From contig CAVOHZ010000010.1 in the NCBI GenBank assembly GCA_963695855.1, positions 256,001 to 320,000 on the forward strand: a stretch of 64,000 bases of DNA, in the 5' to 3' direction. The position numbers and the translations under genes are program-made. The notes under the pieces were generated by a model. The model made no database searches and had not been told where the DNA came from. It saw nothing but the letters and a program-made list of their open reading frames with translations. Source of the DNA: an uncultured Nitrososphaerales archaeon (GTDB lineage Archaea; Thermoproteota; Nitrososphaeria; Nitrososphaerales; Nitrososphaeraceae). The number at the start of each line of letters is the position of its first letter. The first letter of the stretch is position 1. Below are positions 1 through 10,104 of this stretch, in pieces.

Positions 1-166
1 AACATCCCTCAAGAAGATGGGGTGTAAAAAGAACTAAATTCATGGCACAATAGATTGAGGAAGTTATTTACAAGATATGAAAAGAAGGATGATGAGAACT
101 ATCTAGGTCTTGTACAATTAGCAAATAGCATAATTCTTTACAGGAGGATAATTTTGGGATAGGCTC
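1..166 (+). mobile_element. 3' end of a degenerate IS5-family (IS1031-like) element
   Basis: Similar to the reverse complement of 23885-24050; ends in TIR TTTTGGGATAGGCTC followed by TTA. Confidence 0.85.
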
Positions 167-329
167 TTATTTTAACCTATTGGCCTTGAAAATTATATTA
201 GAACATTTTATTATTTGGATTACGTTAGTTATTTTATCAATTTATAAAAATCGAATATCATAAATCTTCATAACAAAAAATTATTTTTTTCCAAAGAAAT
301 TTGAAACAGTTCTAAATACTATAAATATA

Positions 330-1385
330 ATGGAAAAAAAGAGAATAAGTCTTGCACACGGTGCAGGAGGTGTGCTTATGAATAACTTGATTAAAAACCA
401 AATCTTGAAATACTTTAGTTTAAACCATCATGAAGTTTCATTAAATGCTCTAGACGATGCGGGTATAACTGAAGGTATTGTTTTTACTACAGATTCGTAT
501 ACAGTGAAACCTATTTTTTTTCCTGGAGGCAATATTGGCGTAATGTCGGTTGCGGGAACCGTAAACGATATTGCAGTAATGGGTGGAGAACCATTAGTAC
601 TATCATGCAGTATGATAATTGAAGAAGGCTTCTCAATTGAGGATTTAGATCTAATTATGAAGAGTATTCAAGAAACATGCATCAAAGCTGACGTGGATAT
701 CATTACAGGAGATACCAAGGTTCTAGAAAGAAATGCTTTGGATAAACTAATTATCAATACTTCTGGTGTCGGTAAAAAAAGTCAATATTTAGAAAAAAAT
801 CTAAAAATTGTAAAAAGATACAAACCTAACTTTAATTCAGATTGGTTACTTGATTCAAATATTGAGAAGGGCGACAAAATAATAATTTCAGGAACACTAG
901 GTGATCATGGGGTTGCTATAATGTCTGCAAGAAACGATTATGGTCTAGAGAGTCAAGTTGAATCAGATGTTGCACCATTAAACAATTTAATTAAAAAAGC
1001 ACTTAATGTAGGAGGTATAGTGAGCATAAAGGATCCCACGCGTGGAGGACTCGCAAATCTTCTAAATGAATGGTCAGAAAAATCAAAAACTGGTTTTATA
1101 ATTCTTGAAAAGGAGATCCCCGTTAAAGAAAGCGTAAGAAGTGCCTTAGGATTTCTTGGACTTGATGTGTTAGAAATAGGAAATGAAGGAAAAATTTGTC
1201 TAGCGGCAATACCGGAAAAAGCAGATGAAGTACTTGGTGCCCTGAGAGAAGCACCAGAAGGTAAAGATGCGATGATAATTGGAGAGGCAACAGATGAATT
1301 TGACTTACCGATCTTGCAAACTCAGATAGGTGGTAAGAGAATCCTTGCAAAACCTGCAGGAGATCCTATCCCCAGAATATGCTAG
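330..1385 (+). CDS. hypE: Hydrogenase maturation protein HypE
   Basis: LAHGAGG, TDSYTVKPIFFPGG, DPTRGG, NEGK and the C-terminal PRIC motif. Confidence 0.95.
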   Translation: MEKKRISLAHGAGGVLMNNLIKNQILKYFSLNHHEVSLNALDDAGITEGIVFTTDSYTVKPIFFPGGNIGVMSVAGTVNDIAVMGGEPLVLSCSMIIEEGFSIEDLDLIMKSIQETCIKADVDIITGDTKVLERNALDKLIINTSGVGKKSQYLEKNLKIVKRYKPNFNSDWLLDSNIEKGDKIIISGTLGDHGVAIMSARNDYGLESQVESDVAPLNNLIKKALNVGGIVSIKDPTRGGLANLLNEWSEKSKTGFIILEKEIPVKESVRSALGFLGLDVLEIGNEGKICLAAIPEKADEVLGALREAPEGKDAMIIGEATDEFDLPILQTQIGGKRILAKPAGDPIPRIC

Positions 1386-1395
1386 GTGATATTGT

Positions 1396-1665
1396 ATGTT
1401 CAGAGGAATTGAAGGCCGTGTCAACAAAAAATTAATTTGTAAAATTTGTGGATATATCGAATATAATTTGCCAAAACATCACGAAATCCCCATGAGATGG
1501 ATTACAAGTGGTAGTTTTAATAAAGAAGAACTTTTAAAATGTCAAAAATGTGAGTATTCAATACCAATCTTAATACATTGTAATGTGTCAATGTTTTATT
1601 CTGAAGGTGATTATCTTGATTTACCTGAATTTACAAAAAAAGATTATCAAGATATAGACAAATAA
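1396..1665 (+). CDS. Small metal-binding protein with two CxxC...H(H/C)xx(P/S)M modules
   Basis: CKIC...HHEIPM and CQKC...HCNVSM; 10 bp downstream of hypE. Confidence 0.7.
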   Translation: MFRGIEGRVNKKLICKICGYIEYNLPKHHEIPMRWITSGSFNKEELLKCQKCEYSIPILIHCNVSMFYSEGDYLDLPEFTKKDYQDIDK

Positions 1666-1666
1666 A

Positions 1667-2038
1667 GTGATTATGTTGTCATTTTTTTGGCATTTAAAAT
1701 TTGCTGTTATTATGTTTGAGATTGCTAAATCTGAATTGAGTAAAAATAATTATGTAGTAGCTAACGCAGTCATTAAAACTTTTACAGAGATAATAGATGC
1801 CTATTTATCCATGGCCAATATTACCATTGATGAAGCAAGTCTAGATGGTTGGAAAGAAAGAATCCAATGGATGAGTGAAAATAATCATGAATTATTAAAT
1901 GAATGGAAAATGGTAAATTCTCTTTGTTTTGAGATGAATCAAGAAAAATATGGCAACAACGTTGCAATAAAATTAATGGAAATAGTTCAAAATAGACTAA
2001 ATAAGATTGGATCAGATGACTACCGGGATTACTTTTAA
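1667..2038 (+). CDS. Hypothetical helical protein
   Basis: 123-aa ORF tightly coupled to the upstream gene. Confidence 0.6.
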   Translation: MIMLSFFWHLKFAVIMFEIAKSELSKNNYVVANAVIKTFTEIIDAYLSMANITIDEASLDGWKERIQWMSENNHELLNEWKMVNSLCFEMNQEKYGNNVAIKLMEIVQNRLNKIGSDDYRDYF

Positions 2039-2048
2039 ATTGATTGAT

Positions 2049-2720
2049 CTAATTCGTCAACTTTTTAACGACAAGGCATTTTGCCCATTCCTCGCATAAA
2101 TCAACTGCAAATCTTGCTTCATGAACGCATCTGCCAACACCTATAACTCCATGATTCAATAATATCATTACTCCAAATGGAACTACACAGTCAAATTTAC
2201 TTGCCTTACCCACGAGATTTCCTAATCCCTTAGAACCAAGTTGTTTGTACTCTACTATCAAGTGATTATCATGTAATACTTTTGGAAAAGCGATCGATGG
2301 TGTTTCTGCTAATTTCCATATACCTTCATGATCTATATTTACTAGTTTGGAAGACAGAAAATATCCTGATGTATAAGGATTATGAACGTGACATACTGCA
2401 TTAATATCTGGTCTGTTTTTATAGATTTCAGTGTGAAAAGGAACTTCGATGGTTGGTTTAAGGTTTCCCTTCAAAACATTTCCATCCAAGTCTATTAATA
2501 ATAGATCGTCTGAAGTTATATGTGATCTTGGATATCCGGATGGCGTGATCCAAATTTGATTATTTGATTTTGAACGAAAACTATGATTTCCACCACCAAC
2601 CGAAACCAATCCATGGGAAAAAAAATACTTTATACTAGATATTAATTCATTTTTAAAGATATGTTCGTCATATACTTTACAAATATCACAAAACATCTTC
2701 ATTCGTAATACATCATTCAC
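2049..2720 (-). CDS. Class II aldolase/adducin family protein
   Basis: GGNHSFR, ITPSG, E..FH..IY..RPD..AVCHVH and LLNHG Zn-binding motifs. Confidence 0.9.
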   Translation of the reverse strand: MNDVLRMKMFCDICKVYDEHIFKNELISSIKYFFSHGLVSVGGGNHSFRSKSNNQIWITPSGYPRSHITSDDLLLIDLDGNVLKGNLKPTIEVPFHTEIYKNRPDINAVCHVHNPYTSGYFLSSKLVNIDHEGIWKLAETPSIAFPKVLHDNHLIVEYKQLGSKGLGNLVGKASKFDCVVPFGVMILLNHGVIGVGRCVHEARFAVDLCEEWAKCLVVKKLTN

Positions 2721-2876
2721 TTAAATTTAACTTGAATGTTAAGAAAGATGGGTATTCCTAAAATTAAATAATGATATATGTGAGATTGTTATGTTTGCAA
2801 AAAGGAATTAGGGACATTCACTCAAAAAATTTCGTATAAGGATTTTCTTGAAGGAAGAATTCCAATACCTAATGGA

Positions 2877-3236
2877 ATGCCAGAAGATCATGTTGTTTGT
2901 AAATCGTGCTATGATGAAATAGAAAAATCCAACAAACCAGAAATAAAAGAAGCGGAAAATGAGCTAAGCATAATTACAAGGAAACTTCTAGCAAGAACTC
3001 TAGAATACAAAAAACAATGGGATAAAAATGGCATAATTCAATTCAAAAATGAAAGAATAGCAATACTACAGAGGCGTTATGGAGCACAAGTTGAATTTAT
3101 CATAGCGTTTGATTATTTCACTACACAATGCTACGAATTGAAGGCAATAGATGAAGATAAGACCGGAGACACTCATGGTCTTTTAGGTGGCGTTAATTCT
3201 TATTTCTATTTTCAGAAGAAAGACTCTATAAAATAA
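2877..3236 (+). CDS. Hypothetical protein; 5' Zn-finger part possibly frameshifted
   Basis: ORF with CxxC; Cys-containing sequence lies upstream. Confidence 0.55.
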   Translation: MPEDHVVCKSCYDEIEKSNKPEIKEAENELSIITRKLLARTLEYKKQWDKNGIIQFKNERIAILQRRYGAQVEFIIAFDYFTTQCYELKAIDEDKTGDTHGLLGGVNSYFYFQKKDSIK

Positions 3237-3422
3237 TTGTCTGGTAATATAAGTCGAAACTACATCTAATATATCTTAATGTTGACTTAATTACAAAAAG
3301 GTATGCTTGAATGCCATATTTTATGATTATGATATTTTGTAAAAATATTTAAACTCATATGCTTTTGACAAAATAGAAACTAGTTAATAGTAAACCTGAT
3401 TTAATTAAAATATAATTTAACG

Positions 3423-3869
3423 ATGAAGTTAAATGTCATCTGCTACATAGTTACGAATATTCAAATGAGTAGTGATCAAAGTTATGATAAAATTAAACAT
3501 TTAGTAGAGATCGAGGATGACATATTTGCAGTTTTTACTGTCAATTCCAGAGGAGAGTCGAACACGTTGACTATTGCTAAAAATACTGAGTTTGAAAAAA
3601 GTGCCATTGAAAATATATTTAATAATTTTAAGAGCATACTTAAGCAAGATGATAAGATAGACATTACTACCAATAATATTAGTGATTTATTAGGTAAACT
3701 AAAATGGAAAGTTCTTGAGTATGAAAAAATACGAATATTGCACATTGCTGACAAAAATAAAATTGTGGTTGTCCTGATAAAAAATAATACTAGTTTGCAT
3801 GAAACAGTAGATAATATACTTGGTTATTATTATGAGGAAGAAGACGAGATTCCAAAAAGTTTGTTTTGA
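3423..3869 (+). CDS. Hypothetical protein (start probably 3465)
   Basis: ORF with protein-like composition. Confidence 0.6.
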   Translation: MKLNVICYIVTNIQMSSDQSYDKIKHLVEIEDDIFAVFTVNSRGESNTLTIAKNTEFEKSAIENIFNNFKSILKQDDKIDITTNNISDLLGKLKWKVLEYEKIRILHIADKNKIVVVLIKNNTSLHETVDNILGYYYEEEDEIPKSLF

Positions 3870-3973
3870 TGATATTGTATAGCAGATTAATCTTAGGATC
3901 AATCCAACTTGAATTCCAAAATTGAATAATTTAACTTTTATAATGTCATCTGATTTTCATAACCTTAATCATT

Positions 3974-5185
3974 ATGGCAATAGGCACTGAATCTTCAATA
4001 TTTATTCATGTAATCATTTCACTATCACTATTACTATTTACATCAAAATTATTTGCAGAACTTTTTCATAAGATTAAATTGCCAATAGTATTGGGTGAAC
4101 TTTTAGCTGGTATTGTAATAGGCCCTTATGCCTTGGGCGGATTGCCACTATTTAATGGAGAGCCATTAGTTATTCTTGATGAAACAATAAAACACATTGG
4201 TGAGCTGGCTGCAGTTGTTATACTTTTTGTAGCTGGATTGGAAATCACTCCAAGAGAATTTCTTCGAGGAGGTGTAAGCTCGTTTACAATAGGTGCGCTA
4301 GGTGTAATTGTACCTTTTTTCGTAGGTTATTTTGTATTTTCTTTGTATGGATTAGAAGCACTTGAAACACTTTTAATTGCTACAGCATTGACCGCCACTA
4401 GTATAGCAATATCTATTCAGGTCTTGACATCTTTAGGAAAGATGCAAACTAAAGAAGCAAGACTAATTCTAGGTGCTGCCATCGTAGATGATATTTTAGC
4501 AATAGCAGTTTTATCAGTAGTTCTTACGATGGTACAAACAGGTAATACAACACCGGATATAATGGAAATCACATTTCTAATTTTGAAAATTCTGGGATTA
4601 TTTGTAGCGTTGCTGGTAGGTGCGATTTTAATTGTTCCAAGAATACTTCATAGAGAAAGATTATGGAAATCTCAGGGAAGTATAGAAGGAATTACAACTG
4701 CAATATTTTTTGGAGGTGCTGGAATTGCTGCTCTTGTAGGACTTTCTCCTATCGTGGGGGCTTTTGCAATTGGAATGGCAGTTGCTAGTACCCGTTTAAT
4801 AAAGCAGGTAGAAGAATATGTTCATAAACTACAGATTATTTTTGCTCCTTTATTTTTCGCTATAATCGGAGCACAAGTAGATTTAAGAGGAGTTAATCTT
4901 GAAGTGTTATTAATTGCAGGAATACTTGTTTCTATCGCTATAGCCACTAAGATTCTTGGTTGTGGTTTGCCATCACTAATTTTTCTTAAGGAAAAAAGTA
5001 AAGCTATGAGAGTTGGCATAGGAATGGTATCTAGAGGTGAGGTCGGTTTAATTGTAGCAGGAGTTGGTGCAACATCAGGAGTATTATCTGGTGATGTATA
5101 TACTGCTATCATAGTTATGGTGGCAGTGACAACAATAATAACACCGATATGGCTTAAGAAAGCTTATCAAAAAGAATTAGAATGA
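3974..5185 (+). CDS. Cation:proton antiporter (CPA2, NapA/Kef-type)
   Basis: About 12 TM helices; LFVAGLE, TATSIAI, AAIVDD and RGEVGL motifs. Confidence 0.93.
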   Translation: MAIGTESSIFIHVIISLSLLLFTSKLFAELFHKIKLPIVLGELLAGIVIGPYALGGLPLFNGEPLVILDETIKHIGELAAVVILFVAGLEITPREFLRGGVSSFTIGALGVIVPFFVGYFVFSLYGLEALETLLIATALTATSIAISIQVLTSLGKMQTKEARLILGAAIVDDILAIAVLSVVLTMVQTGNTTPDIMEITFLILKILGLFVALLVGAILIVPRILHRERLWKSQGSIEGITTAIFFGGAGIAALVGLSPIVGAFAIGMAVASTRLIKQVEEYVHKLQIIFAPLFFAIIGAQVDLRGVNLEVLLIAGILVSIAIATKILGCGLPSLIFLKEKSKAMRVGIGMVSRGEVGLIVAGVGATSGVLSGDVYTAIIVMVAVTTIITPIWLKKAYQKELE

Positions 5186-5402
5186 GTGTGTGTTAAATCT
5201 TTGTGCAATTATATTTGTTGCCTCCAGAGCATGTTTAAGTGAATATACTTTTGATAAGGATTTCAGGAATTCATATGTAATTTACTTATGTTTTTTGTTC
5301 TATTCAATAGTTATCAAAGTTACAAAAGATATCTTCAAATATTGCATATACGATTAGTATGATACCGATAAAATTTGTTTTATAGTTTTCGATTCTTTCT
5401 AA

Positions 5403-5768
5403 TTGAAAGAAGAGGGACAGAGGAAGAATAAATTAATGTCAGTATTACCTGAAACAAACAATAGCATCAATGATGATTTTGCTCTATTTGAAATTAAAAA
5501 TAACAACGTAGAAGAGGGTATAGAGTGTTTTACTCATTGGCTATCAGTTAAAGACGGAAATTGTGATGAAGAAGGCAGAAGGAATATGCAGTTAAGCCTG
5601 ACCACATCTGAAAAGGAGAAGAACAAAATTTTACTTCATGATAACCTTAACGATTTAGATATTGAGGTTGTTTTTACTGATGGTGTCCCATTATGTACCT
5701 TATGCCACACAGATGATTGCGCGCATACAGGTTTTGCTATATGTGCAAAACTAACTCTTCTTGATTAA
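5403..5768 (+). CDS. Hypothetical protein with C-terminal CxxC-x4-CxH motif
   Basis: CTLCHTDDCAH. Confidence 0.6.
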   Translation: MKEEGQRKNKLMSVLPETNNSINDDFALFEIKNNNVEEGIECFTHWLSVKDGNCDEEGRRNMQLSLTTSEKEKNKILLHDNLNDLDIEVVFTDGVPLCTLCHTDDCAHTGFAICAKLTLLD

Positions 5769-5944
5769 ATAAAATATTTATTATGTGTTATTAGTAACTA
5801 CCTCGAAAACTTAATATCATAAATTGGTCATATAATATATATCCCTCAAATCATTTTGGGGTCATAAAAGTGAACGTCTATATATATCTGTCAACTATCT
5901 GGATGTTCACATATTTAATAAATTAGCTTGTAAATAATTTCTTA

Positions 5945-6263
5945 ATTCATCATATGGTTTTAACAAAGAATACACACCCACTAGTCTATATACTAGGTAA
6001 TTAATATAATGAAAAACGCCCTAAATGGTAAAATAAAGTCCATATATGACTTATTTGACAAAATCCGTTATATATATGGCGTATTTATAAAGGGGCGAAA
6101 ATGTATATATAAAATAAATTATATTTACATATATAAAAATACGAATTTGAATAGAATTTATCATACTTTGCCTTTTCTAAAGAATATAAACATCAAGGGA
6201 ATAGAATAATAAAGATATAACCATTGGAATATCTAATAAGTTATGAAACAGAAATTGAGTTTC
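5945..6263 (+). repeat. Upstream region and first codons of the 6243 gene, duplicated in inverted orientation at 15922-16241
   Basis: Hand alignment, e.g. AAGTCCATATATGACTTATTTGACAAAAT is present in both copies. Confidence 0.9.
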
Positions 6264-6824
6264 ACATATCTACTATTAACCCTCTCGGGAATATTTCTTT
6301 TGGGATTAGTATTATCTACAACACCTTTTGAAACTAATAATAATGTATTTTCTCAGATGGAAATGACTGGGAAAGATATGATTAAGAATGGTTCAACAGC
6401 AACGCAAACTGGTCAACAAATGAAAGGAATGGACATGGGACAGCAAATGAAAGGAATGGACATGGGACAGCAAATGAAAGGAATGGACATGGGACAGCAA
6501 ATGAAAGGAATGGACATGGCAGAAATGATGAAGACGATGCCTCCACATTATTCGAAATCCACTTACCATCTAATAAGTTCTGTTAAGGGAATGCAGATTT
6601 CAGGACTCGATATAGTAAATGATAAAGAATTACTGGTTAAAATTAAAAGTGATTCATCTGATCCAGTTAACCAAACTCTTACATTAGTAGGAGGGGGAGG
6701 AGATTTAGCTGGTTCTGTATCTGTAAAAGCAGGATGGAAAGAAAATAGTGAAGTAAATCTTAAGTTACAAGGCAGCGGATCACTTTTCAATCTAGAAGGT
6801 GTACATTTACATCTATTCCCCTAA
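6243..6824 (+). CDS. Secreted Met-rich protein with 4x GQQMKGMDM (27-bp repeat)
   Basis: N-terminal hydrophobic signal; tandem repeat at about 6411-6518. Confidence 0.85.
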   Translation: MKQKLSFTYLLLTLSGIFLLGLVLSTTPFETNNNVFSQMEMTGKDMIKNGSTATQTGQQMKGMDMGQQMKGMDMGQQMKGMDMGQQMKGMDMAEMMKTMPPHYSKSTYHLISSVKGMQISGLDIVNDKELLVKIKSDSSDPVNQTLTLVGGGGDLAGSVSVKAGWKENSEVNLKLQGSGSLFNLEGVHLHLFP

Positions 6825-6976
6825 CTAAATAAACAAAGTATATTTTCATCTAGCTCATCCTAAATTTTTTTCTTTATTTTTAAATATTTTTCTAAATTCT
6901 ACTTTGGTAATGATTATCAATCAAAAGCAAAATAATTAAAAATATGGTCTTTTCTTAAATGTTAAATAATATATAA

Positions 6977-8365
6977 TTAATGACCACTATGTTCAGTACC
7001 TTGAAATACCATAAATTCATGTATTGCATCAAGTAATTGTTTATCTTTAGTTTCAAGTATTAATGTTGAGCCATTATTTATTTCATTTATACTATATTTT
7101 ATAAAGTTCTTTTTTTGGGTCATTATTTTAGTACCTGGAACATCTTGTGCATGTATATAGAAAGGCTTTGTAAAGTTTCCTGATGAGAATTCCTTTTGAA
7201 TAACAGAGATATGATTTTTGATTGCTTTTATTGTCTCTACATCACTATTATTTAATGCAGTTATCAATATTTCACCTCCTGTCGGAGTGGACTTGAACTG
7301 ATGTGATATTTTGGTTTGATTAAAGCCCATAACCATAGCCCCTCTTTCTAGCATTGATATGGATGCTGCTGATTGGTTATTGGTACCGTGCGCAGTAACG
7401 GTTGTTGAGTTTGTTACTACGATCACTTGACCTACCATCCAGGGATGAATAGTACAATAGTAATCGTAAGTTCCCTCTTTGCCGAATAGGTGCGAAAAAG
7501 ATTGACCTCCTGAAAGTATGCCGGAATCAAATCTTAAGGCAGTATCTATACCTAAAGATAAGGGACTTTGCGTTACGGTATGTAGATTACCATCATTGTT
7601 GGTCCATACTACCATCTGATCTTCTTTAAGATATATAGGATTTGGTTGAAAAGCATCAGTTGTACGTGATGATGCTCCTAAAACTATTGATGCATATATT
7701 ATGTTATCACCATCAGCAGTTATTTGATTATTTCTTGGCATAGAAAAATTACTCTTAGAACTTTCTTGCTGCTGTCCACCCTCCATCATCATATGATGAT
7801 GTTTGCGATCCATCATAGGTGGTTGTTGTCCTCCCATCATCATTCCTGGATTCATCATACATGGCATCATACCCATCATAGTCTGATTTCCCATCATCAT
7901 CGGTGCCATCAACATACAAGGCATTGTCATACCTTGTCCCATTCCCATCATCGGTCCCATCATCGGTCCCATCATCGGTCCCATCATCGGTCCCATCATC
8001 GGTCCCATCATCGGTCCCATCATAGGTGGTTGTTGTCCTCCCATCATCATTCCTGGATTCATCATACAGGGCATCATACCCATCATAGTCTGATTTCCCA
8101 TCATCATCGGTGCCATCAACATACAAGGCATTGTCTTATCATGTCCCATTCCCATCATCGGTCCTATCATCATACCAGTTTGATTCATGGGTTGCATCAT
8201 CATTGGACCCATCATTCCTGTTTGGCTCATTTGCTTCATCATCATATTTTGATTTGGATTTTGGGGAAAAGCCATGCTAGTATGGATAGAAAAATTCATT
8301 GTAGAAACAGTTAGAATTGCGGCAATTGCTATAGAAAACAGAAATAGTTTATTCATTAAAAACAA
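6977..8365 (-). CDS. Secreted Met-rich + cupredoxin + His-containing C-terminal domain protein
   Basis: Signal peptide, (GPMM)n repeats, type-1 Cu ligands HTVT...YYCTIHPWM. Confidence 0.88.
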   Translation of the reverse strand: MFLMNKLFLFSIAIAAILTVSTMNFSIHTSMAFPQNPNQNMMMKQMSQTGMMGPMMMQPMNQTGMMIGPMMGMGHDKTMPCMLMAPMMMGNQTMMGMMPCMMNPGMMMGGQQPPMMGPMMGPMMGPMMGPMMGPMMGPMMGMGQGMTMPCMLMAPMMMGNQTMMGMMPCMMNPGMMMGGQQPPMMDRKHHHMMMEGGQQQESSKSNFSMPRNNQITADGDNIIYASIVLGASSRTTDAFQPNPIYLKEDQMVVWTNNDGNLHTVTQSPLSLGIDTALRFDSGILSGGQSFSHLFGKEGTYDYYCTIHPWMVGQVIVVTNSTTVTAHGTNNQSAASISMLERGAMVMGFNQTKISHQFKSTPTGGEILITALNNSDVETIKAIKNHISVIQKEFSSGNFTKPFYIHAQDVPGTKIMTQKKNFIKYSINEINNGSTLILETKDKQLLDAIHEFMVFQGTEHSGH

Positions 8366-8534
8366 TAACGAATGGAACTATTTACGTTTTTATTTTTCTG
8401 TTGAATTATAATTATCTACCAATTAATAACAAATTAAAAGCATTTTGAATTATATTAACTACTGAAAAAATCATATAGGATATACAAATCTATTTTTTTA
8501 ATTCTACATAAATTTATACAGTTGTACTTTTTTG

Positions 8535-8740
8535 CATCTGAAACATACATTGTATTCACCATTGGAAAAAAGCCTGATTGAAAGAGTAATGCGATATTTT
8601 AAGGATAAAACTGAGAGTTTTTATGATTACTATCCTTGTATAAACAAAAAGAAAAATATAATTGTGATCTAAAAAATGTATACAATTAGATAAGATTGTT
8701 CATCTATTTGTATAATATAGCAATTAGAAATAAAATACCA
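8535..8740 (+). pseudogene. IS6-like transposase C-terminal remnant
   Basis: Translates to HLKHTLYSPLEKSLIERVMRYFKDKTESFYDYYPC. Confidence 0.6.
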
Positions 8741-8930
8741 TTTATCAGAGCACACAATATCAAATACTTTGCTTGGATAATCAGTCAGATTATGATTTAT
8801 CAAAATCATCATATTTTTTTTTGATTCTAAATGTGATGGTAGTCAAAGTCAAAGATACATTCATCATACTTATTTTTTTCAAATAAATATTATGTTAGTG
8901 TGTGTACCAACGAACACAAACTAATCCAAA

Positions 8931-9569
8931 TTGTATAAATACGAGAATTTAAAAACTAAATTAATGATAAGGTATTACGTATATACTGCATTCATTTTGA
9001 GTGTTTTAGGGGTTTCTTTAGCCTTGATAGCAGGAGAAATAGAATTTGATACAAAAGTATTTGCACAGCCACAACCACCAGAAACATCTCCTAATGCAAC
9101 AAACCCAGTAATCAAAGCAGGTCCATTAACCGCCGTCAGACACATATTTGATGACCCTACTTTAAGAGTATTCCATTATTGTACTCCTCATCATAAGATA
9201 ATGGCTGTATGTTCATTATTTGATACTAATCAAAAGAATGCTACTTTAATAGGAATAGAATATATGCTAACACCAGAAGATTATAAGAAACTTCCAGAAA
9301 GAGAAAAACCATACTGGCATTACCATGTAACAGAATTTGCTCCTAATAGGGCTGATCCAAAGTTCCCTTACTTATCGGCAGAAGATGAGAAAAAAGTATT
9401 AAAATTGATAGCGGATTCATATGGTAAAGTGATTCTAGCTTGGGATCCCAATGATGAATTACCTGCATTCCCACCACAGGTTCCTATAGTCCAACATCCT
9501 GATATGGTCAATAAATCAGCAACACCTAATACTCATATTGGAAGCTTTAATCAGACACTAGATTACTAA
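8931..9569 (+). CDS. DUF1264/OBAP-family secreted protein
   Basis: HYC...CSLFD...LIGIEY...LP.REK.YWH.H..E pattern. Confidence 0.8.
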   Translation: MYKYENLKTKLMIRYYVYTAFILSVLGVSLALIAGEIEFDTKVFAQPQPPETSPNATNPVIKAGPLTAVRHIFDDPTLRVFHYCTPHHKIMAVCSLFDTNQKNATLIGIEYMLTPEDYKKLPEREKPYWHYHVTEFAPNRADPKFPYLSAEDEKKVLKLIADSYGKVILAWDPNDELPAFPPQVPIVQHPDMVNKSATPNTHIGSFNQTLDY

Positions 9570-9768
9570 AGCAAATTAATAAAAAATAATTAATCCATAT
9601 CCTTTTTTTCCATAATTATGATTATATATCTATGAAGTAGATATCAACTATATACTCTTCAGCAAACGTACAGCGACAAATTTAAACTGATATTATAAAT
9701 AACTGCCAAGCAAAGAAAAAAGGGTTTGAAATCTTTAAATATATTTAGAGTAATGTTTATCAAATCAA

Positions 9769-10083
9769 ATGAAATTTCTTTTTTCTGAATTTCTTTTGTC
9801 GATTTTCATTATTTTCATAATGGTTTTATTCTCTAATAGCCAATTTTTGACTCTTATTACAGCATTTTCACAAGGCGATGATAATAGAAGGGGAGGAGGG
9901 TTTGGAATACAAGAAAGAGAACGTGCTAGAATACATGCACAGAATGATTCTCAAATTTTTAGTAATGATTTAACCCGTATAATTCTAATTTTAACAATAA
10001 TTGTTATTATTGGTGTTAGCTTATATGCTTTATACAAAATTTATTTGATCAAAAGAAAATCAAAACAATCTAAACTAAAATAA
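9769..10083 (+). CDS. Small two-TM membrane protein (paralog at 40738)
   Basis: Hydrophobic N- and C-terminal segments; near-identical copy elsewhere in the window. Confidence 0.75.
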   Translation: MKFLFSEFLLSIFIIFIMVLFSNSQFLTLITAFSQGDDNRRGGGFGIQERERARIHAQNDSQIFSNDLTRIILILTIIVIIGVSLYALYKIYLIKRKSKQSKLK

Positions 10084-10104
10084 TAATAACAATGGTTTAT
10101 TTAG

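Noticed and set aside
6009-6209. 66-aa ORF in the duplicated leader
   Set aside because: The ATG is not conserved in the second copy, and the composition looks non-coding
7724-8314. His-rich ORF (SHHR repeats) and the GTDD-repeat ORF 7755-8126
   Set aside because: Antisense and alternative-frame shadows of the ATG-rich repeats in the real gene 6977-8365
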